Source of the DNA: Bacilli bacterium
GTDB taxonomy: Bacteria > Bacillota_I > Bacilli_A > RFN20 > CAG-826
Direction of reading: 5' to 3'
Length of the DNA: 64,000 nucleotides
Assembly (NCBI GenBank): GCA_017635465.1
Contig: JAGBLL010000036.1
Location: 4,590 to 68,589 of the forward strand
Positions within the stretch are counted from its first letter, which is position 1. Each line of letters opens with the position of its first letter. The notes under the pieces were generated by a model that saw only the letters and a program-made list of their open reading frames with translations, searched no databases and was not told the origin of the DNA. Shown in pieces: positions 21,425 to 31,143 of this stretch. Both the position numbers and the translations under genes were made by a program.

Positions 21425-22194
21425 TGAAGTTAATTGATACCCATTGTCATTTAAATGATGAACAACTATACCAAAACTTAGATGAAGTGATTGCTCATGC
21501 TCAACAAGTTGGTGTAGAAAAAATAATTGTTATCGGCTGGGATAAAGCGAGTAGCGAACTCGCAATTAAAATAGCCGAACAATATCCTTTTATTTATGCG
21601 TGTGTAGGATTTCACCCAGAAAACCTCGAAGGCGTAGATGAAAAACAGTTAAATGAAGTTTTAGCGTTATCATCTCATCCAAAAGTCGTGGGTATTGGCG
21701 AAATAGGCCTTGATTATCACTGGGAAAAAGATTCTCAAAAACGCGAAATCCAAAAACAATTCTTTATTAAACAAATTGAATATGCGAATAAAGTTGGATT
21801 ACCAATTTCAATCCATTCTAGAGAAGCGTTTCAAGACACAATTGAAATATTAAAAGAACATAAGCCTATGCACAGTGGAGTGCTTCATTGCTACTCAGGA
21901 AGTGTGGAAGGATTACAAGAGGTTTTTAACCTAAATTTATATATTGGATTAGATGGGCCAGTTACCTTTAGAAACGCTAAAACACCTAAAGAAGTTGCTA
22001 TTGAAGTTCCGCTTGAAAGATTGGTCTTAGAAACAGACTCTCCATACTTATCTCCTCACCCATTAAGAGGAACAGTAAATGAACCTGCCAATATCATTTT
22101 AGTCGCAGATGAAATTGCTAATTTAAGAGAGATGTCTAAAAAGCATTTACTTGAAGTTGTTTATGACAATTCTTGTAAATTATTCAATCTATGA
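21424..22194 (+). CDS. tatD: TatD-family metal-dependent DNase.
   Basis: IDTHCHL...GEIGLDYH motifs. Confidence 0.85.
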   Translation: MKLIDTHCHLNDEQLYQNLDEVIAHAQQVGVEKIIVIGWDKASSELAIKIAEQYPFIYACVGFHPENLEGVDEKQLNEVLALSSHPKVVGIGEIGLDYHWEKDSQKREIQKQFFIKQIEYANKVGLPISIHSREAFQDTIEILKEHKPMHSGVLHCYSGSVEGLQEVFNLNLYIGLDGPVTFRNAKTPKEVAIEVPLERLVLETDSPYLSPHPLRGTVNEPANIILVADEIANLREMSKKHLLEVVYDNSCKLFNL

Positions 22195-22721
22195 AAAAGT
22201 ATCTAAATAGCATTCTTGTTGTAGAAGGAAAAGAAGACGCTTCTTACCTTTCAAATTATATCGATTCTGAAATTGTTACTGTTCAAGGATACGAGATTCC
22301 AGAAGCCACTATTAATTATTTAAAGAATAAGAAAGTTATTATTTTTACTGATCCTGATGAAGCTGGTAAGAAAATAAGAGAAAGACTAAATAACAGCATA
22401 CGGGATGCAGTTAATATTGAAATTGATATTAAAAAATGCACACGTGGTAGCAAAAACGGCGTTGCAGAGTGTGAAATCAATGAAATCCTTGCAAAATTAG
22501 AGCCTTATTTTGTTGAAAAACCCTGCAAAACTCCAATATATAGCCTTTCTGACCTCTATAATTTAGGGGTAATTGATAATAAAGGCTTAAGAGCGTATTT
22601 ATGCGAAACACTATCACTTGGTAGCTGCAATAATAAACAATTACTTAAACGTCTTAATGCATCTAATGTACAATTAGAATTAGTTAAAAAAATCATCGAA
22701 GAATATCAACATGGAAATTAA
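22191..22721 (+). CDS. rnmV: Ribonuclease M5 (Toprim).
   Basis: ILVVEGKEDASYL Toprim start. Bacillus-type tatD-rnmV-ksgA order. Confidence 0.8.
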   Translation: MKKYLNSILVVEGKEDASYLSNYIDSEIVTVQGYEIPEATINYLKNKKVIIFTDPDEAGKKIRERLNNSIRDAVNIEIDIKKCTRGSKNGVAECEINEILAKLEPYFVEKPCKTPIYSLSDLYNLGVIDNKGLRAYLCETLSLGSCNNKQLLKRLNASNVQLELVKKIIEEYQHGN

Positions 22722-23520
22722 TCGTTCTAACATTAATGAGATAGTTACCAAAGCCTCACTTAGACCTGATAAAGACTATGGGCAAAACTTTTTAGTGGAA
22801 CCAGTTGTGTGCCAAAAAATAGCGGATGCTTTAAATATTCAAGAAGGCGATTTAGTGCTTGAAGTTGGCCCAGGATTGGGATCATTAACTCATTTTATTA
22901 GTGAGAAAAAAGTTCAATATGACGCTGTTGATATTGATATTAGAATGGTCAACTTTTTACGTGTTGTTTATCAAGATTATTCTAATGTAAAAATCATCGA
23001 AAATGATATCAGAAAACATGATGTTTCTAAATATAATAAAATAATTGGTAACTTACCCTACAATATTACTACAGAAACAATTCAATATTTTTTAACAAAT
23101 GCGATTAACGCTGATCGCCTAGTGTTCATGATTCAAAGTGAAACATTAGCCCATTTTTATGATATTTCTGGAAAAGAATATGGACCTGTTTCTGTTTTAT
23201 TACATTTGTTAGGAAACATAGAAAAATTATTTACCGTCAAAGCGGGTTCATTCTATCCCGCTCCAAAATGTAGTTCTGTTGTTTTTGCGATTAATATTGA
23301 TAAACAAAAAGATAGACAAGAAGCTATTGGAACATTTAATTTGGCCAAAAAACTATTCCTTAACCGTCGTAAAACTATTCAAAACAATCTATTGAATGCC
23401 TTAAAAGATAAAGGATTAGTTATTAAACTTTGTAATGACTTATCAATTAATCCTCTCGCTAGACCTGAAGATTTATCTCCAAATACATATCTAGAGATGT
23501 GTCGTTACTTACAAAAATAA
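22711..23520 (+). CDS. rsmA: 16S rRNA (adenine1518/1519-N6)-dimethyltransferase.
   Basis: GQNFLVE...LEVGPGLGSLT SAM motif. 269 aa. Confidence 0.9.
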   Translation: MEINRSNINEIVTKASLRPDKDYGQNFLVEPVVCQKIADALNIQEGDLVLEVGPGLGSLTHFISEKKVQYDAVDIDIRMVNFLRVVYQDYSNVKIIENDIRKHDVSKYNKIIGNLPYNITTETIQYFLTNAINADRLVFMIQSETLAHFYDISGKEYGPVSVLLHLLGNIEKLFTVKAGSFYPAPKCSSVVFAINIDKQKDRQEAIGTFNLAKKLFLNRRKTIQNNLLNALKDKGLVIKLCNDLSINPLARPEDLSPNTYLEMCRYLQK

Positions 23521-23563
23521 CAAACAAAACTACTAATAATAACCATTATGAGTTATTATAAGA

Positions 23564-24424
23564 ATGAAGATGAAAAGCTTACACATTCGTTCTTACGCGA
23601 AAATTAATCTCTGTTTAAATATCACTGGTAAACGTGAAGATGGGTTCCATGAATTGGACATGATCATGTTACCTATTTCTTTGCATGACTCATTAATTGT
23701 TTCTAAACTCAGTAAATCAATCGATAACTTTGTTACTGTAGATGATTTCTCAATTGGCTCATTCAAATATAACTTAGCGACTTTCGCTATCGACAAATTA
23801 CAAAGCGTTTATCGTTTTGATGAAAAATTTAGAATCCTTATTCATAAAGTTATTCCTATCCAAGCGGGCTTAGGTGGTGGATCTTCTAACGCTGCTTGCA
23901 CAATGAAAGCAGTTAATACGTTACTTAATTTAGGTGCAACTGAAGAGCAACTAATGGAATATGGTAAAGAATTAGGTGCTGATATCCCATTCTTTGTTAA
24001 ATGCAAACCTGCTAGATGTAGAGGTATTGGAGAAATAATTGATCCAATTGAAATCAAAAATAACTACTACGTGCTATTAGTAAAGCCAGAAATGGGTTGT
24101 TCGACTAGAGAAGTTTATCAAGCTGCTGACACAATGGATTTAGCGGTTTGTGATATGGATAAAGTATTAAAAGCATTAGCTGAAGGTGATGATGATTTGT
24201 TGGCGGAAAGTATCGCTAATTCATTACAAGCCCCTGCTATTTCTTTAGTCCCAACAATTCAAGGAATCATTGATGAATTAAAAGATTCTGGTTTAAAAAT
24301 TGTGCAAATGACTGGTTCAGGTTCAGCAGTTTTTGCACTCAGTACTGATAAGAAATTACTTAAGAAGGTACTTAAAAAAATCGAAAACAAATACCAGGTT
24401 GAATTAGCCAAGGTATTAAAATAA
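23564..24424 (+). CDS. ispE: 4-diphosphocytidyl-2-C-methyl-D-erythritol kinase (MEP pathway).
   Basis: GHMP kinase motif PIQAGLGGGSSNAA. Confidence 0.85.
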   Translation: MKMKSLHIRSYAKINLCLNITGKREDGFHELDMIMLPISLHDSLIVSKLSKSIDNFVTVDDFSIGSFKYNLATFAIDKLQSVYRFDEKFRILIHKVIPIQAGLGGGSSNAACTMKAVNTLLNLGATEEQLMEYGKELGADIPFFVKCKPARCRGIGEIIDPIEIKNNYYVLLVKPEMGCSTREVYQAADTMDLAVCDMDKVLKALAEGDDDLLAESIANSLQAPAISLVPTIQGIIDELKDSGLKIVQMTGSGSAVFALSTDKKLLKKVLKKIENKYQVELAKVLK

Positions 24425-24463
24425 AAACTTATAATTTTTACATCTTTATAATGGAGGTCTTTT

Positions 24464-25480
24464 ATGGACAAATATGTAGTCGTCTTAGCGGCTGGTAAGG
24501 GTACAGGAATGAATTCCCGTGATCCTGAACACTCAAAGGTTTCTTATCCAATTTTAGGAAAACCAATTATCAATTACGTTATTGATGCGGTCAAACCACT
24601 TGATCCAAAACAAATCGTTACTGTTGTTGGCTTTGGTGGTGAATTAACCAAATCATTAGTGGAAAAAGAATCTGATGTCGTTTGGCAAAAGAGATTATTA
24701 GGTACAGGTCACGCTGTTTTACAAGCGAAACCATTCTTAGAAGGTAAACCAGGCCAAACATTAGTGATCTATGGTGACACACCATTAGTAGAAACTGAAA
24801 CATTACGTCAAATCTTCCATATTCATGAAAAGAATAGATATGATATGACAGTTGTTTCTGCGATTTTAGATAATCCAAAAGGCTATGGTCGTATCTTAAG
24901 AGAAGATAAGAGTAATAGAATCTTAGCGATTAGAGAAGAAAGCGATTGCACATTCTCTGAATATGAAATTAACGAAGTTAATACTGGTATCTGTATCATT
25001 GATAACGAATTATTATTCAAATACATTGAAAGATTATCAGTTGATAACAATAGACACTTATTCTATTTATCCGAATTAGTGCAATTATTCATCCAAGATA
25101 ACTACCATGTTGGTGTTTTCGTGGCTGAAGAAATGAAAGAAGTTTATAGCATTAACAATCGTATCCAATTAGCGTATGCGACAAAAATTATGCGTAAACG
25201 TATTAACAACAAACTTATGCTCTCTGGTGTTTCCATGGATCACAGTGGTTCTACATACATCTCTCCAGATGTTACAATTGGACAAGATACCATTATTCGT
25301 CCAAATACAACCATCCTTGGTAAGTCAGTTATCGGTGAAGCTTGTATCATCGGTCCAAACGTCGTTTTAAAGGACGTTGAAGTCGGTAATGAAGCACAAA
25401 TTACATTCGCTGATTTAGAGAACGTTAAGGTCGAAAAGTCCGCAAAAGTCGGTCCTTTTGTGGTAAAACATGGTAATTAA
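24464..25480 (+). CDS. GlmU-like sugar-1-phosphate nucleotidyltransferase with only a short left-handed beta-helix remnant. The acetyltransferase domain is truncated or absent.
   Basis: VVLAAGKGTGM pyrophosphorylase motif. 338 aa, against ~450 for bifunctional GlmU. Only a few hexapeptide repeats at the C-terminus. Confidence 0.6.
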   Translation: MDKYVVVLAAGKGTGMNSRDPEHSKVSYPILGKPIINYVIDAVKPLDPKQIVTVVGFGGELTKSLVEKESDVVWQKRLLGTGHAVLQAKPFLEGKPGQTLVIYGDTPLVETETLRQIFHIHEKNRYDMTVVSAILDNPKGYGRILREDKSNRILAIREESDCTFSEYEINEVNTGICIIDNELLFKYIERLSVDNNRHLFYLSELVQLFIQDNYHVGVFVAEEMKEVYSINNRIQLAYATKIMRKRINNKLMLSGVSMDHSGSTYISPDVTIGQDTIIRPNTTILGKSVIGEACIIGPNVVLKDVEVGNEAQITFADLENVKVEKSAKVGPFVVKHGN

Positions 25481-25481
25481 T

Positions 25482-25727
25482 ATGCAAATTGTTGAATGCT
25501 TTGGTAAGAACGTTTTTGTTGGTGAAAAGATGGTTGGTTATATCGACCGCGAAGGTATTTTCATCAACCGTCAAAAGTTTGCTGAAGTAACTCCAGATGG
25601 AGAAATTATCTTAAATAAACAAAAAGTGGGATATGTTGACGATGATGGTTATATCATCATTAAAGGCAAAGAAGCCGGCTACATTGACACGAGTAATAAT
25701 TTTGTTTTTTACGATATTAAATTTTAA
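25482..25727 (+). CDS. Small (~81 aa) protein with three tandem ~18-aa repeats centred on GY[IV]DxxG. Function unknown.
   Basis: VGYIDREGIFIN / VGYVDDDGYIII / AGYIDTSNNFVF repeats. Overlaps the GlmU-like stop by a few nt. Confidence 0.35.
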   Translation: MQIVECFGKNVFVGEKMVGYIDREGIFINRQKFAEVTPDGEIILNKQKVGYVDDDGYIIIKGKEAGYIDTSNNFVFYDIKF

Positions 25728-25736
25728 GGTGAGATT

Positions 25737-26681
25737 ATGATTGCGATAGGTATTGATATTGGTGGTATGTCCATTAAAGGTGCGGCGGTTGACTCTAACG
25801 GCCGTGTCTATGATAAATTTTCCATGCCATTTGTGAAAGGTGAGCCAGGCGAAGATACAATTCGTAAGCTTGCGGTATTAGTTAAAGAATATATTGCTTC
25901 TCAACATCTTGAAGGCAAAATAGCCGGTATAGGCATTGGTTCTCCAGGTACATTAGATGTTGATAATGGTATTGTTAACTATGCAAATAATTTAGGCTGG
26001 AATGATTTACCTGTCGCTAAAATTATGCAAGAAACATTACCATATCCAGTGCGTTTAACTAACGACGCTAACGCAGCGGCATTAGGCGAAGCTAAATTTG
26101 GTGCGGGTAAAATGTATGAAACAGTCATCATGCTCACTCTTGGTACTGGTGTCGGTGGTGGTATTATCATCAACGGCAAATTATATGAAGGTAATCAAGG
26201 TAAAGGTGGGGAATTAGGACATGTCGTTGTCCAAGTTGATGGTGAACCATGTTCTTGTGGCAGAAAAGGCTGCTTCGAAGCCTATTCTTCTGCGACCGCT
26301 TTGATTAGAGAAACTAAAAAAGCCATGCTTAAAAATAGACGCTCATTGATGTGGAAGATTTCTCCTGAAATTGAACTCGTGGGTGGTAAGGTAGTATTCG
26401 AAGGCGCCGCTCAAGGCGACAAGAGCGCAATTGAAGTGCTCAACAATTATGTTAAATATCTTGGTGAAGGTATTTTAAATTACTGCAATATCTTCAGGCC
26501 AAATGTCATAGTCCTCTCTGGAGGAATTGCTAACGCTGGGAAGCCATTATTTGATCCATTAAATCAATATTTAAAAGATCGTGATTATGGATATAAACGC
26601 ACTCCAGAAGTTAAAATTGTTCCTGCGGAATTAGGATATGACTCAGGTAAGATTGGTGCTGCAGCATTATTTTTCAAATAA
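25737..26681 (+). CDS. glcK: ROK-family glucokinase.
   Basis: IGIDIGG N-terminus and the CSCGRKGCFE zinc motif. Confidence 0.8.
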   Translation: MIAIGIDIGGMSIKGAAVDSNGRVYDKFSMPFVKGEPGEDTIRKLAVLVKEYIASQHLEGKIAGIGIGSPGTLDVDNGIVNYANNLGWNDLPVAKIMQETLPYPVRLTNDANAAALGEAKFGAGKMYETVIMLTLGTGVGGGIIINGKLYEGNQGKGGELGHVVVQVDGEPCSCGRKGCFEAYSSATALIRETKKAMLKNRRSLMWKISPEIELVGGKVVFEGAAQGDKSAIEVLNNYVKYLGEGILNYCNIFRPNVIVLSGGIANAGKPLFDPLNQYLKDRDYGYKRTPEVKIVPAELGYDSGKIGAAALFFK

Positions 26682-26700
26682 ATAAAGGAGATTTACATTT

Positions 26701-27600
26701 ATGCAATTAGTAATTATGGCCGCTGGTATGGGCAGTCGCTTTGGTGGCCTCAAACAAATGGAACCAATGGATGATTATAATAACTTCTTATTAGATTATT
26801 CCATCTATGACGCAAAGCGTGCTGGTTTCTCTAGCGTCGTCTTCATCATTAAAAAAGATTTCTATGAAGCTTTCAGAGATACCATTGGTAAAAGAGCGGA
26901 AAAAATCATCAAAGTGGAATATGCTTTCCAAGATTTAAATGACTTACCAGAAGGTTTCAAATGTCCAGAAGGCAGAGAAAAACCATGGGGCACTGCACAC
27001 GCAATTTACGCGGCACGTGACTTAATTAGGGAAGATTTTATCGTTATTAACGGTGATGATTTCTATGGTAGAGAAACATACGAAGTCGCATATAAATACC
27101 TCACATCTTTACCAAAAGATAGCAAAGGTAAATATGCGATTGTTGCTTTCCAAGCTAAGAACACAATGACTGAAAATGGCGCGGTTAAAAGAGGTGTTGC
27201 CTTTGAAGATAAGAACGGTTATTTAGAAAAATTAATCGAATCAAGCATTTACGCTAAAGGAAATAAAGTTGTTTGCGAACCATTAGATGGTCAACCAGCC
27301 TTTGAAACAGAACCAGAACAATTAGTGTCCATGAATTTATTCTGCTTCAATAAAGATCTCATCCCAGCGTTAGGTGAAAAATTCCCAATTTGGTTAAAAG
27401 ATAATATCAATGTTCCAAAGTCTGAATTCTTAATTCCAACAGTAGTGGATGAACTTGTTCACGAAAAGAAAGCCACAGTACGCTTATTATCCACTCCATC
27501 AGTGTGGTTTGGTGTCACGTATAAAGAAGATAAACCAGGCGTCGTTAAAGCCTTAAAAGCCCTTGTTGATAAAGGCGAATATAAAGAAGGCTTATATTAA
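26701..27600 (+). CDS. Sugar-phosphate nucleotidyltransferase (NTP_transferase family).
   Basis: MAAGMGSRFG nucleotide-binding loop. 299 aa. Confidence 0.6.
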   Translation: MQLVIMAAGMGSRFGGLKQMEPMDDYNNFLLDYSIYDAKRAGFSSVVFIIKKDFYEAFRDTIGKRAEKIIKVEYAFQDLNDLPEGFKCPEGREKPWGTAHAIYAARDLIREDFIVINGDDFYGRETYEVAYKYLTSLPKDSKGKYAIVAFQAKNTMTENGAVKRGVAFEDKNGYLEKLIESSIYAKGNKVVCEPLDGQPAFETEPEQLVSMNLFCFNKDLIPALGEKFPIWLKDNINVPKSEFLIPTVVDELVHEKKATVRLLSTPSVWFGVTYKEDKPGVVKALKALVDKGEYKEGLY

Positions 27601-27632
27601 TTTTAAAAAATAATACTTTTTACTTGTAAAAA

Positions 27633-27680
27633 GGTTCCTTAGATAACTATGATTATCTAGTAAGGAATCTTTTTTATTTT
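27633..27680 (+). terminator. Intrinsic terminator after the sugar-activation operon.
   Basis: CCTTAGATAA...TTATCTAGTAAGG hairpin followed by TCTTTTTTATTTT. Confidence 0.6.
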
Positions 27681-27728
27681 AAGGTTCTAGACAATAGTCG
27701 ATTTCGTTCAACCGAATTGGAGGAAGAA

Positions 27729-28196
27729 ATGAAAACACTAATCGTCTTATCTGCCATGCCAGGAAGTGGCAAATCCACTTGGGCTAAGCAGTACCAAGCT
27801 GAGCATTCTCATACTCTTATTGTCTCTAGCGATGCGATTCGTTATGAACTCACAGGCCAGAGTCAGGATTTTTCTCGACAAAAAGAAGTATGGGAACTTT
27901 TTTCTTTAAGAATACATGAATACGCTCAAAAGTACGATGACGTCACAGTCATTCTCGATGCATTAAATGACCTCAATTGTTTAAGGGAAAAATATGTTAA
28001 AGAGAATCCTGAATTTGACCAATATGTGTTAGTTTTACTTCCTCGTACCGTTGAACAGATTCGTTACTATAACAAGGAGAGAAACTTTTCACAAGTTGTT
28101 CCAGACGAACAATTAGAAATGTTGATCCAAAAGTGGGAAGAACCCACCGAAGATATCAAAGCGTTATTTGATAAAGTTATTGAAGTTCATTGGTAA
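27729..28196 (+). CDS. P-loop kinase (AAA_33 / zeta-toxin-like NTPase fold), first gene of the purine salvage operon.
   Basis: Walker A SAMPGSGKST. GGAGG RBS before ATG at 27729. Confidence 0.5.
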   Translation: MKTLIVLSAMPGSGKSTWAKQYQAEHSHTLIVSSDAIRYELTGQSQDFSRQKEVWELFSLRIHEYAQKYDDVTVILDALNDLNCLREKYVKENPEFDQYVLVLLPRTVEQIRYYNKERNFSQVVPDEQLEMLIQKWEEPTEDIKALFDKVIEVHW

Positions 28197-28208
28197 GGAG
28201 TCAAATTT

Positions 28209-29189
28209 ATGAGCGGAAATGTCAGAGATCCAAAGATGCAACGTATTAACAATCGAGAATTAGCTAATGCGTTCATCGAAGAACAAATTAAAGAAATTAG
28301 AGCACAAGTTGGCGATAAGAAAGTCTTATTAGCCCTCTCTGGTGGTGTTGATTCATCAGTCTGTACAGCGTTATTAATCAAGGCGATTGGTAACAACTTA
28401 ACATGTGTTCACGTCAATCATGGTTTATTAAGAAAAGGTGAACCAGAACAAGTTATTAAAGTATTTAAAGAACAATTAGGCGCTAACTTGATTTATGTTG
28501 ACGCTGTTGATGAATTCTTAGATGCCTTAGCGGGTGTTGAAGATCCAGAACAAAAAAGAAAAATTATCGGTAAAATCTTTATCGATGTCTTCAAAAGAGA
28601 AGCACAAAAACTTAATGGTATCTCTTTCTTAGGACAAGGTACTATTTATCCTGACATTTTAGAATCCAAAGGTCTAAAAGCTCACCACAATGTTGGTGGT
28701 TTACCAGCGGAACTCGGTTTCGAACTCGTTGAACCAGTTAAATTATTATATAAAGATGAAGTTAGACAAGTTGGTGAAGCATTAGGCTTACCACGTAGTA
28801 TGGTCTACCGTCAGCCATTCCCAGGCCCAGGTTTAGGTGTGAGATGTGTTGGTGCGATTACACGCGATAGATTAGAGGCGGTTAGAGAAAGCGACGCTAT
28901 CTTAAGAGAAGAATTCGCTAACGCCGGCTTAGATCAAAAAGTCTGGCAATATTTCACCATTGTTCCACCAGTCAAATCCACTGGTATTAAAGACGGCAAA
29001 AGAACATTTGAATGGCCAGTAGTTATCCGTGCGATTAACTCCGTTGACGCTGTTACAGCCACAATTGAAGAAATCCCATATTCTTTACTTAATAAAATTA
29101 GAGATAGAATTTTAAGTGAAGTTAAAGGCGTAAATCGTGTATTATATGATTTAAGTAATAAACCATGCGCCACAATCGAATGGGAATAA
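28209..29189 (+). CDS. guaA: GMP synthase ATP-pyrophosphatase plus dimerisation domains only (GuaA subunit-B-like). No glutamine amidotransferase domain.
   Basis: PP-loop LALSGGVDSSV. Aligns to residues ~200-525 of fused bacterial GuaA. The preceding gene ends 12 nt upstream and is not a GATase. Confidence 0.8.
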   Translation: MSGNVRDPKMQRINNRELANAFIEEQIKEIRAQVGDKKVLLALSGGVDSSVCTALLIKAIGNNLTCVHVNHGLLRKGEPEQVIKVFKEQLGANLIYVDAVDEFLDALAGVEDPEQKRKIIGKIFIDVFKREAQKLNGISFLGQGTIYPDILESKGLKAHHNVGGLPAELGFELVEPVKLLYKDEVRQVGEALGLPRSMVYRQPFPGPGLGVRCVGAITRDRLEAVRESDAILREEFANAGLDQKVWQYFTIVPPVKSTGIKDGKRTFEWPVVIRAINSVDAVTATIEEIPYSLLNKIRDRILSEVKGVNRVLYDLSNKPCATIEWE

Positions 29190-29237
29190 TTGTATAATTA
29201 TATTTATCCATTCTTTTACACTGAGGGAGGAAGCAGT

Positions 29238-29804
29238 ATGAGAAAAGACCGTGAAATCGTTTTATCAGAAGAAGAAATTCAAGCTATTTGTAAAGATTTT
29301 GGCAAAAAACTTACAGAAGAATTAAAAGACGAAGAAAGAACGCCATTATTTTTAGGTGTGATGAAGGGTGCTTTAAATTTCATGTTTGATTTAATCAAAC
29401 GTGTTGAAAGACCAATCTTTACTGATTTCATTCAAATCTCTTCCTACGCTGGTGTACAATCAACTGGCAAAATTAATCTTAAAAAAGACTTCGATATGGA
29501 TATTAAAGACCGTACCGTTGTTGTCGTAGAAGATGTTGTTGATACTGGTATTTCTATGAAATATCTTATCGACCATCTAAATGAACATTATCAACCAAAG
29601 AGAATTATTATCTGCTGTATGTTCGATAAGGTCTACGCTAGATGTGAAGATATCAAGATTGATTATGCTGGTAAAAAATTACAAGAAAACTGCTTCTTGG
29701 TGGGCTATGGCTTAGACTATAACGAATTAGAAAGAAACGTTCCTTATGTTTACATTGCCAAACCAGAAGACATTGATAAATGGAATGAGGAGATACAAAA
29801 ATAA
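29238..29804 (+). CDS. hpt: Hypoxanthine(-guanine) phosphoribosyltransferase.
   Basis: VVVVEDVVDTGISM PRPP-binding motif. GGGAGG RBS before ATG at 29238. Confidence 0.85.
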   Translation: MRKDREIVLSEEEIQAICKDFGKKLTEELKDEERTPLFLGVMKGALNFMFDLIKRVERPIFTDFIQISSYAGVQSTGKINLKKDFDMDIKDRTVVVVEDVVDTGISMKYLIDHLNEHYQPKRIIICCMFDKVYARCEDIKIDYAGKKLQENCFLVGYGLDYNELERNVPYVYIAKPEDIDKWNEEIQK

Positions 29805-30379
29805 TGAAATTGTTAGAACAACGCATTGCTAAAGATGGTATCGTCATCAATAACGATATCCTCAAAGTTGATTCGTTTCTAAATCATAAAATTGATGTTG
29901 CCCTGACTAGAGCGTTAGCTAAAGAAATCGCTGAACAATTTAAAAATTATAAGATAGATAAGATATTTACCATTGAGACAAGTGGCATTCCTCTTGCCTT
30001 TGCGGTAGCAGAAGAAGTAGGTAACGTCCCGCTTGTTTTCGCTAAAAAGAGCAAATCATTAACAGTTGGTGACGATGTCTTTAAAGTAGAAGTTAAATCG
30101 TTCACACGCAAAACATGTTCCACAGTTACTGTTGGCGACAAATACCTTCTTAAAGGTGAAAATGTCTTAATTATTGATGACTTCTTAGCGGAAGGTAACG
30201 CTTCTATTGGCTTAGTTGATTTATGTCATCAAGCTGGCGCTAATCCTATTGGTGTTGCAGTGGCAATTGAAAAAAGCTTCCAACCTGGTAGAGGTAAATT
30301 AGAAGCTATGGGACTTAAAGTCTATAGCTGCGCTGATGTAAAAGCGTTTAAAGACAACAAACCAGTATTTGAATTATGA
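29804..30379 (+). CDS. xpt: Xanthine phosphoribosyltransferase.
   Basis: VLIIDDFLAEGNAS PRPP motif. 191 aa. Confidence 0.85.
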   Translation: MKLLEQRIAKDGIVINNDILKVDSFLNHKIDVALTRALAKEIAEQFKNYKIDKIFTIETSGIPLAFAVAEEVGNVPLVFAKKSKSLTVGDDVFKVEVKSFTRKTCSTVTVGDKYLLKGENVLIIDDFLAEGNASIGLVDLCHQAGANPIGVAVAIEKSFQPGRGKLEAMGLKVYSCADVKAFKDNKPVFEL

Positions 30380-31044
30380 AATATCTAAAAGTACTTCTAT
30401 TTGGCATATTTGCAGGCTTAGCCATTGGTCTAGGATCTTTTGCTTTTACCATTGTTAGTGCTTATTTAACTTCTAAAGAAGGCGTGATGTTTGCATCCAT
30501 GCTATTCTCTATCGGTTTAATCTTAGTTTGTGTATTAGGACTACAACTTTATACCGGTAAAATCGGTGTCGTATTTGATAACCGTGAGAAATTAGCAGAG
30601 AATGCGATTAATTTACCAATCATGTTAGTGGGCAACGCTATTGGCGCTTTCGCTCTTGGTATCTTATGTCACTTTATATTCATGAACGTCCCTGATATTA
30701 CTACACGTATCGAGGCTATTTCAGTAGCAAAGACAGCATCTAAATTTGTATTCTTAGAAGGTATTTTCTGTGGTGCATTAGTGTACATTGCTGTTTATTG
30801 TTATAAAAACTTCCAAAACTGGGGTATGAAGATTATCGGCATTATTGTTGCGGTAACATTATTTGTTTACTGTGGTTTCCAACACTGTATCGCTAATATG
30901 TTCTATTTCGGTATGGCATTCAATTGGAATATCGATATGTTATGGAACCTATTATTAGTTATTCTTACTAATAGCATCGGTGCGCTTTTAGTGAGATGTA
31001 TCGTACATTTAACTGCGATTATCACCGCTAAAAAAGAAAATTAA
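30376..31044 (+). CDS. Formate/nitrite transporter (FNT) family channel, short form, translationally coupled to xpt.
   Basis: Six hydrophobic segments and the FNT hallmark QHCIANMF (H[CS]IANMF). ATGA overlap with xpt. Confidence 0.6.
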   Translation: MKYLKVLLFGIFAGLAIGLGSFAFTIVSAYLTSKEGVMFASMLFSIGLILVCVLGLQLYTGKIGVVFDNREKLAENAINLPIMLVGNAIGAFALGILCHFIFMNVPDITTRIEAISVAKTASKFVFLEGIFCGALVYIAVYCYKNFQNWGMKIIGIIVAVTLFVYCGFQHCIANMFYFGMAFNWNIDMLWNLLLVILTNSIGALLVRCIVHLTAIITAKKEN

Positions 31045-31066
31045 ACCATTAGATAGAATCTTTAAA

Positions 31067-31105
31067 AACCATTATTCACTGATTTGAATGATGGCTTTTT
31101 TATTT
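31067..31105 (+). terminator. Intrinsic terminator of the purine salvage operon.
   Basis: CCATTATTCA...TGAATGATGG hairpin followed by CTTTTTTATTT. Confidence 0.65.
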
Positions 31106-31113
31106 ATACACTT

Positions 31114-31141
31114 TACAAAAAGAACGATAAAAACGTTCTCC
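31114..31141 (-). terminator. Intrinsic terminator of the large lipoprotein gene (convergent).
   Basis: GAACG-ataaaaa-CGTTC hairpin followed by a T-run on the minus strand. Confidence 0.55.
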
Positions 31142-31143
31142 TC

